Part shown: one piece after another, positions 1-6,511 of the stretch
Position numbering within the stretch: the stretch's first letter is position 1
How the letters are laid out: the number at the start of each line of letters is the position of its first letter
Source: an uncultured Ruminococcus sp.
GTDB taxonomy: Bacteria; Bacillota; Clostridia; Oscillospirales; Ruminococcaceae
Assembly: GCA_964426275.1 (NCBI GenBank)
Contig: CAYRPZ010000001.1
Location: forward strand, 6,503 to 70,502
Direction: 5' to 3'
DNA: 64,000 nucleotides
Translations under genes and position numbers: made by a program
Notes under the pieces: generated by a model
What the model was told of the DNA's origin: nothing
The model's database searches: none
What the model saw: the letters and a program-made list of their open reading frames with translations, nothing else

Positions 1-2392
1 CAAAATACGCTGTTCCAAGTTCAAGGAATGCAGAGTCGCTAAGGTCAGGCATATGGAAAAGTGCTGTACCGAAATCATAGTCCTCAACAAATACTTTCTG
101 AAGCGGTACAAGTGTAAGAAGTCCCATGCCGAGTATGAAAATCCATGCAGCACCGGTTATTATACTGCTCCACATATATTTATTTACAATAGGTTCTGTA
201 CGCTTTTTCGGTTTTTCTGACATAAATCTTCTGAGAGCCGGCTCACCGCCGAATGCAAGTGCTGCAAGTGTATCCATTACAAGATTTACCCAGAGAATCT
301 GAATAACTGTAAGCGGATTGTCGATACCAATAAGCGGGCTTATGAATGATACAAGAACAGCTGCTACATTTATTGTCAGCTGGAATATGATAAACTTTCT
401 TATGCTGTTGAATATTGTACGTCCATAAAGAATAGCCTTGTCAATTGAATTGAAATTATCATCAAGAATTACAATATCACTGGCTTCCTTGGCAACTTCT
501 GTACCTCCGCCCATTGCAAATCCGACATCGGCTTTTTTAAGTGCAGGAGAGTCATTTACACCATCACCTGTCATTCCGACAACAAGGTCTTTTTCCTGTG
601 CAAGCCTTACAAGACGGCTTTTATCTGTAGGCAAAGCCCTTGCAATAACTCTTATATCCGAAATGCATGCCTTGATTTCATCATCTGACATCTTCTGGAG
701 TTCATCAGATGTAAATATTTTATCTGTTGAATTTTTAAGAAGTCCTGCTTCTCTGGCAATTGCTACAGCTGTATCCTTACGGTCGCCTGTAATCATTACA
801 ACCTGTACACCTGCACCCTGAACTTCCTTTATAGCTGTAACGGATTCAGGACGTACTTCATCACGGATACCAACTATACCAATAAGTGTCCATTCACCAT
901 CAGGAAGTGAATCCTCTCCGAGTGCCTCATCAGCTGTTGCAAATGCAAGCACACGTATTGCACGGTTTGCAAGTTCATTAATTTTATCATCAAGTTTTTT
1001 CGCAGTTGAGAACGACTGTTTATTTCCGTTTTCATCAAAGTAGTATTTACATTTCTGAAGAATTTTTTCAGGAGCACCTTTTATAAGGGTAAGATTATAT
1101 TCACCTGAAACCTGAGTTGCTGAATATTTATTTGTACTGTTGAAAGGCACTGAATATACTTTCTTTACATCTGCTGATTTTTCAGCACCCTTTGTATCAA
1201 ATCCGAGAACAGCCTTTTCAGTTGCATTTCCTCCGATAACCTTTCCGTCAGCTGAAACAACCGATGTTGTATTCTGATGAATTGCTGTTGACAGTAATTT
1301 TCTGAGTTCACCCTTTGTATCATCAATTTTACCATATTCATTTACAGCACCATCAACAAATGTTACAACTTCAAGCTGACCTTTTGTAATAGTACCTGTC
1401 TTATCGCTGAAAAGAATATTAAGGCTTCCGGCAGTTTCAATACCGGATACTTTTCTTACAAGTACATTATCTTTAAGCATCTTGCTCATATTCATAGCTG
1501 ATACAAGTGCTATCATAAGAGGAAGACCTTCAGGCACTGCCATAACTATGATAATAACTGCAAGCATTACACCATCAACAATTGCCTGTATTGTTGAAAC
1601 CACATCAACACAGTTGTGATGCAGGAACTGCATTGCAATATATGCAACCGCAATTGCCACACCGCCGATATATCCGAATTTGCTTATGCCGTTTGCAAGA
1701 GATGCGAGCTTGACTTTAAGAGGACTTTCACGGTCATCGTCCTGCTGGAGTTCGCTTGCAATCTGACCGTATACAGATTTGTCGCCTACTACTGTAACCT
1801 CCATTACAGCATTTCCTGAACAGACTACAGAACCTCTGAATACTTTATATTCATTGAGGAAGTCCATAGCTTCTTCCTTATCCTCATAATTTTCAGGAAC
1901 AGCAATTTTCTTTGCCTCCTTTGCTTCACCATTGAGGACTGACTGGTCAACTTTAATATCACCATCAACAAGTATTCCGTCAGCAGGAATTTTATCTCCT
2001 GACTGAAGCATAATACAGTCACCGACAACTATATCATCAATCGGAATTTCTCTGATTTCATTGTTTCTGTAAACCTTACACGTAATTTTTGAAGCTTCTT
2101 CCTGAAGCTTCTGGAATGCATTTTCATTTCTGTGTTCTGAAAATGTTGATACAAAAGTTGCAAGAATTACAGCAATTGCAATTCCTACAGGTTCATACCA
2201 TTCTGCCTTTCCCATAATTGCGAACACAACATTTACAATCAATGCAACACAGAGAATTTTAATCATCGGGTCACCGAAATTGTCTTTCAGCTTATCCCAG
2301 AATGTTTCTGCCTTAAGTTCACTTAACCTGTTGTCACCATATTTAGCCTTTGATTCTTCGGCTTGTTTGTCTGTAAGTCCGAATCTTTTCAT
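1..2392 (-). CDS. P-type cation ATPase, PMCA-type (P2B) Ca2+-ATPase-like; C-terminus runs off the window
   Basis: My own translation from ATG 2392..2390, with RBS AAAGGAGGAA at 2410..2401, gives MKRFGLTDKQAEESKAKYGDNRL... Motifs present: PEGLP (TM4), SDKTGTIT (phospho-Asp), KGAPE, MITGD, TGDGVNDSPALKKADVG and TM5 FQLTINVAAV (PMCA-like). It is missing from the ORF track because the frame is still open at position 1. Confidence 0.9.
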   Translation of the reverse strand, partial: MKRFGLTDKQAEESKAKYGDNRLSELKAETFWDKLKDNFGDPMIKILCVALIVNVVFAIMGKAEWYEPVGIAIAVILATFVSTFSEHRNENAFQKLQEEASKITCKVYRNNEIREIPIDDIVVGDCIMLQSGDKIPADGILVDGDIKVDQSVLNGEAKEAKKIAVPENYEDKEEAMDFLNEYKVFRGSVVCSGNAVMEVTVVGDKSVYGQIASELQQDDDRESPLKVKLASLANGISKFGYIGGVAIAVAYIAMQFLHHNCVDVVSTIQAIVDGVMLAVIIIVMAVPEGLPLMIALVSAMNMSKMLKDNVLVRKVSGIETAGSLNILFSDKTGTITKGQLEVVTFVDGAVNEYGKIDDTKGELRKLLSTAIHQNTTSVVSADGKVIGGNATEKAVLGFDTKGAEKSADVKKVYSVPFNSTNKYSATQVSGEYNLTLIKGAPEKILQKCKYYFDENGNKQSFSTAKKLDDKINELANRAIRVLAFATADEALGEDSLPDGEWTLIGIVGIRDEVRPESVTAIKEVQGAGVQVVMITGDRKDTAVAIAREAGLLKNSTDKIFTSDELQKMSDDEIKACISDIRVIARALPTDKSRLVRLAQEKDLVVGMTGDGVNDSPALKKADVGFAMGGGTEVAKEASDIVILDDNFNSIDKAILYGRTIFNSIRKFIIFQLTINVAAVLVSFISPLIGIDNPLTVIQILWVNLVMDTLAALAFGGEPALRRFMSEKPKKRTEPIVNKYMWSSIITGAAWIFILGMGLLTLVPLQKVFVEDYDFGTALFHMPDLSDSAFLELGTAYF

Positions 2393-2414
2393 TAACTAAA
2401 TTCCTCCTTTGTAT

Positions 2415-3890
2415 TTAAGTTTTTATTATTGAAACTTCTGCAAGCACACTTTTCTCCTCGGAAGAAAGCCTGAAAATCATACCGTCCTCAAGATAAAATG
2501 CCTGTTCAGGCGGAACGATATTTCCGCTTGGTGAAATCATTCCATTTATTTTTTTATTCACCATAATCCATCTTCCATTGTAGCTGCACACATATGCCTG
2601 TATCGATTTTTCTGTTTTTTCATCAGGGAATACATTACTGAATATATGCCATTTTCCGAGAGGAGTATTATTTTCAGCAATCATTTCTCCTGTTCTGAGC
2701 CATTGACCTTTATGTCCTCTGCTCTGTGTACTGAATTTTATTTTAACAAATTCTCTGTCTGAAATTCTTGTTTTGCAGTAAGGGCATACAGGATTTTTTT
2801 CATCATGAAGCACAAACCATCTGTGACTGCATGAAGGATTTGAACATGAATGAAGCATATCCCATGTTTTAGCAAGACCGAGTTCCCATTCCATAGCAGT
2901 CGGACGCAAATCAGGTTCATGAAGTCCGTCAACGAATGCTCTTATAAATAATTTTTTCAGATGTTCACCCATATCATCTATAGTAACATCAAGGTCTTTC
3001 GGACGATTTGAAGTATCATAAGGATTTTCAATAAAGGTTGCCTTTTCTCCAAGTCCGAGATAATCGTCCTCCTCAGCGGTTTCGGCATATATCTTAGGGC
3101 CCATAAGAGGGTGTCTGAAAAAGAGATATTCATATATAAGAACAGGCAGAGAATGAAGGTCAGTATATACTGACGGATATTTTCTGACTTCCCGTGGCTG
3201 TCCGAGAGTCGAAAGCACTTCAGGAGCAATATATCCTCTTGTTCCGATTACTTCGGGCGGAAAAAGACCGGGGACTACAAGCGTATCAATATCAATCACA
3301 ACGCACGTTCCTGTTTTCGGGTCTATAAGAACATTGTTGAATGAGAGGTCTGAATGTGCAAGTCCTGCCTGATGCATACGCCTTATGCTTCTTGAAAGCA
3401 TTATTGAAATCTGCATCATAGTTCTTAGGTCACCGAGTTCTGACCTGCTTAAATATTTTCTGTTTTTATTTGTAAACCAGTTACTTTTTTTGTCCTTACC
3501 TGCAATCTGAAGTATATCCGAAGAATATCTGTCAAAGAAAAAATTTTTCGGATAAGTCGGACAAACTATTCCAAATTCAGGATATACAACAATTCCTATC
3601 GGCCAGCAGAAACATTTTGAAAAATATTCTGCTGTTTTCTCATCATTGCCTTTTGCACCGCCTCTTGATTCGGAAACAGTCGGATTATATCTTCCTATAA
3701 TTGCTTCAATGCGTTCTCTTATTATAGGATTCTGTGCGGTACTGCTGTCATTAAAGAACTGGACTACATAGCTTTTATCAGGAGAAAAATAGGTATGTTT
3801 CATACCGCCTTTAGGCGGATTATCAGTAATTACATAATCAATTTCAGTTCCATTGGCAAGAAAAGCCTTAGCAAGTCTGTCCATTATCAT
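2415..3890 (-). CDS. Ser/Thr protein kinase-like protein with C-terminal zinc ribbon and FHA-like tail (kinase component of a TerY-P-type triad)
   Basis: 491-aa ORF. Catalytic loop HSDLSFNNVLID, DID at the DFG position, activation segment GTRGYIAPE. These are followed by CSNPSC...CPYC and a beta-rich C-terminal region. Its ATG overlaps the upstream stop (ATGA at 3887-3890). Confidence 0.8.
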   Translation of the reverse strand: MIMDRLAKAFLANGTEIDYVITDNPPKGGMKHTYFSPDKSYVVQFFNDSSTAQNPIIRERIEAIIGRYNPTVSESRGGAKGNDEKTAEYFSKCFCWPIGIVVYPEFGIVCPTYPKNFFFDRYSSDILQIAGKDKKSNWFTNKNRKYLSRSELGDLRTMMQISIMLSRSIRRMHQAGLAHSDLSFNNVLIDPKTGTCVVIDIDTLVVPGLFPPEVIGTRGYIAPEVLSTLGQPREVRKYPSVYTDLHSLPVLIYEYLFFRHPLMGPKIYAETAEEDDYLGLGEKATFIENPYDTSNRPKDLDVTIDDMGEHLKKLFIRAFVDGLHEPDLRPTAMEWELGLAKTWDMLHSCSNPSCSHRWFVLHDEKNPVCPYCKTRISDREFVKIKFSTQSRGHKGQWLRTGEMIAENNTPLGKWHIFSNVFPDEKTEKSIQAYVCSYNGRWIMVNKKINGMISPSGNIVPPEQAFYLEDGMIFRLSSEEKSVLAEVSIIKT

Positions 3891-5614
3891 ACAACCTCAG
3901 ATTTCTTTCTGTCATTTTCACTGACTGAATAAATCAACAGTGTTCTGTCATCAAAAGAACCTCTTTCAACATAATTATCAAGCCATATTTTCAGTTTTTC
4001 TTCCTGTGAAACACTGCTTTTTGGCAGTTTTTCAAGTGCTGTACTGATAACAGCAGTATTCTGCCATAATTTTTCCGAAGAAATACCGCATGATTTTTCT
4101 ATAACGGAAGAATAATTTACAGGCACTTCAATGCTGTTGTCATTAACCCACGGATATGAAACTGGTTCAGGCACAAGCTCCCTTATTTTTTCAGTTTCCT
4201 TATCTAAAATAATTTCTGAATTTTCAGAAATATTTATAATTCCATTAAGCTGGAGGTCCGTAAAAAGTCTTCCGAGCTGTGTGAAATTGGGATAGTAATC
4301 GTCAGCCACACCATCTGTCATAATAAGCACATCGGATATTTCACGCCTTGCAATTTTAGTTCTGCTCATAAGCGTTTCTTTCCGCTTCATATTTTCAGAT
4401 GTAAGGAAATCCGTTTCACCTGCAAATGTACCGCCATCAGCTTCTCCGAGGAGCTTTACAGCATCAGAATATGGATTTTTTCTGTTTACAACAGCAATCA
4501 TTCCATCACCTATCTGACATGAGATTACAAAAAGCTGTTTTCCATCACAGGTATTTACAGGAACTGCAAGTACTGTAAGGAGAGTTGCAGAAAAATCCTT
4601 TAATGACATATCACGCTTAATCACATCAAGATAGCTGTATTTTGTTTTTCTCTCATCAAATGCTTTCTGCACAGCATTATGTGCTGATATAACGGATTGC
4701 TGAACTATATCTGCAAATATACTGCATCCTTCCATAAATTCAGATGAATTAAGCGGTGATGATATATTTTTTATGCACTTACAATAGATGCCATCTGCAC
4801 TTAATTTTTCAATAAGTTTTTTTGCACATGAAACTGCTTCAGTGCATGAAATCCTTGCACCTATTCTTGAAAATTTCTTTGAACCTGCACCATCTGAAAC
4901 GGTCATAACTGTGATATCTTCTGCAATGTCGAAATCAAACCAGTCATCACGGTTTGAACCGTCATGCTTATGTTTTTTTCCTCTGACACTTGCACCTGTA
5001 ATCTTAGCATCTGACAATTCAAGAGTTTTCACCTTATATTCAGTGCTGTTCTCAGGTTCAGCTTCATTGACCGGCTGATATTTCCAGAGTGATGCTGTAT
5101 GATGGGTAACTTCTGAATTTGAAAGGGGTACTTTTTTCTCACGGCTGTCAGTATTTTCTTCAGAATTATTTTCTTTTATATCATCTGCTTTTTTGTCAGA
5201 TTTATTATTATCCTCAAAAGGTATACTATTATATATTTCCTCTGCTTTTACAGAAATAACATTACTGTCAGTATTTTTTACATCAGGAATTGCTCCTGAT
5301 TCCACCATTTGGGTAACTGCATCAACAGTAGCATTAAGAATTTTTGAATATGCATTTATACCATTCAGAATAAGATTTCTGCTTAATTCCATACCTGTAC
5401 TGACAGGATTATTCTGATTTTCAGGAACAAGTCTGAAATTACGGGTTAAGAACTCCATAAATGAACCTGTATCTGAAATTCTTTTTTTTTCTATTTCATT
5501 TACTATACCATCAGCCACCATACTGTCATTTATATTTTTTCTTATAAATTCAATATATTCATCGGGAAGCCCGATTTTTTCCAGTGACTGGTACAGATTA
5601 TCCTGACTGTTCAA
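3887..5614 (-). CDS. PP2C-family protein phosphatase-like protein with long N- and C-terminal extensions (phosphatase component of the triad)
   Basis: 575-aa ORF with a TTG start at 5614, preceded by GGAGGA (5627..5622) with a 7-nt spacer. The central core carries acidic PP2C-type motifs: VSDGAGS, IGDGMIAV, IMTDGVADD. Confidence 0.75.
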   Translation of the reverse strand: MNSQDNLYQSLEKIGLPDEYIEFIRKNINDSMVADGIVNEIEKKRISDTGSFMEFLTRNFRLVPENQNNPVSTGMELSRNLILNGINAYSKILNATVDAVTQMVESGAIPDVKNTDSNVISVKAEEIYNSIPFEDNNKSDKKADDIKENNSEENTDSREKKVPLSNSEVTHHTASLWKYQPVNEAEPENSTEYKVKTLELSDAKITGASVRGKKHKHDGSNRDDWFDFDIAEDITVMTVSDGAGSKKFSRIGARISCTEAVSCAKKLIEKLSADGIYCKCIKNISSPLNSSEFMEGCSIFADIVQQSVISAHNAVQKAFDERKTKYSYLDVIKRDMSLKDFSATLLTVLAVPVNTCDGKQLFVISCQIGDGMIAVVNRKNPYSDAVKLLGEADGGTFAGETDFLTSENMKRKETLMSRTKIARREISDVLIMTDGVADDYYPNFTQLGRLFTDLQLNGIINISENSEIILDKETEKIRELVPEPVSYPWVNDNSIEVPVNYSSVIEKSCGISSEKLWQNTAVISTALEKLPKSSVSQEEKLKIWLDNYVERGSFDDRTLLIYSVSENDRKKSEVV

Positions 5615-5633
5615 AAGTATATCCTCCGGCTGA

Positions 5634-6275
5634 TTAAGGAACTATGACAAATCCCTGTGGCGGAGGCGGAAGTTCAATAGCACCGCCGGGTTTTGCATCA
5701 AGGCTGTTTGATGACATCTTTATTGAACCTGATACCCATGCAAAGAACTGTGAGAGGTCTCCGGCAGAAAGATTATTCATCATAACAACACTGTCAGTAA
5801 TCTGTTTCAGCACTCTTGTATCAGCAGCAGCACCCGCAGCACAAGCTATAATATTAGCAGGTTTTGAAGCCTTGAGATTTTCAGCAGCCGACTGCCATTC
5901 ATCAGTTGGTGCACCGTCTGTAAGAATAAACACAAGAGGTTTCCAGTCACCTTTCTGTTCGGGAGTAGATTTTCTAACTTCCCTGTTTATACATTCTGAA
6001 AGCAGATTAAGAGCAGCACCAAGAGATGTTACACCGTTTGCACTGAGCTGTGGTTCTTTAAAGCTCATAAGTTCTGTAAGCGGGCATACCTGAACTGCAC
6101 TGCTTGCAAAGGTTATAACTGAAAGATAAGCTGTTTCAAGAGCCTGAGGGTCGCTTCTGAGTTCCATAAGCAGTGCTTTCATACCCTGTCTGACAGCTTC
6201 AATCGGCTCTCCAGTCATTGAGCCTGAACAGTCAAGCAAAAGATATACAGGAAGTCTTCTTGTAAAATCTGACAT
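5634..6275 (-). CDS. terY: Stand-alone von Willebrand factor A (vWA) protein, TerY-like
   Basis: 213-aa ORF. MIDAS DxSxS motif in LLLDCSGSMTGEP, a later FILTDGAPTD, and a Pro-rich tail PPPPQGF. RBS GGAGA lies 7 nt upstream of ATG 6275. Confidence 0.85.
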   Translation of the reverse strand: MSDFTRRLPVYLLLDCSGSMTGEPIEAVRQGMKALLMELRSDPQALETAYLSVITFASSAVQVCPLTELMSFKEPQLSANGVTSLGAALNLLSECINREVRKSTPEQKGDWKPLVFILTDGAPTDEWQSAAENLKASKPANIIACAAGAAADTRVLKQITDSVVMMNNLSAGDLSQFFAWVSGSIKMSSNSLDAKPGGAIELPPPPQGFVIVP

Positions 6276-6354
6276 AATAAAATCTCCTTTTTCTGTTTTT
6301 TATAAGAAATTTATGTGTAAAATAAATTCCGTTTAAAATATATTATATAAGGTA

Positions 6355-6383
6355 ATTATATACCATTCAGGCTTATAAGTCAA
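6355..6383 (-). promoter_or_regulatory. SigA-type promoter for the vWA-PP2C-kinase operon
   Basis: On the minus strand: TTGACT (6383..6378), a 17-nt spacer, then TATAAT (6360..6355). It sits about 80 nt upstream of the vWA start and downstream of the yhaN terminator. Confidence 0.6.
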
Positions 6384-6432
6384 TCATTTAACAATCATTT
6401 AAATAAAAGGATATATCCGGTAATCATATCTT

Positions 6433-6477
6433 ATAAAAAACTCATGCACAGATATATTTAATATCATATGCATGAGT
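6433..6477 (-). terminator. Rho-independent terminator after the yhaN-like gene (bidirectional in appearance)
   Basis: Hairpin ACTCATGCA...TGCATGAGT (6440-6477) with an inner GATAT/ATATC extension. An A-run at 6435-6440 gives the U-tract on the minus strand, and a T-run follows on the plus strand. Confidence 0.7.
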
Positions 6478-6511
6478 CTTTTTAAGTAAGGCAAACCGGG
6501 TGAAAATCAAC

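Noticed and set aside
438-2028. Plus- and minus-strand short ORFs from the track (438..821, 874..1077, 1616..1819, 1825..2028)
   Set aside because: They lie inside, antisense to or out of frame with, the long uninterrupted P-type ATPase reading frame on the minus strand. They have no RBS and low-complexity translations, so they are shadow ORFs.
5644-6093. 149-aa plus-strand ORF antisense to the vWA gene, and the similar 52232..52513 ORF antisense to the BCCP gene
   Set aside because: These are typical antisense shadows in locally GC-richer, Ala/Gly/Pro-coding stretches. The sense-strand proteins carry clear family motifs (MIDAS; EAMKMEN).
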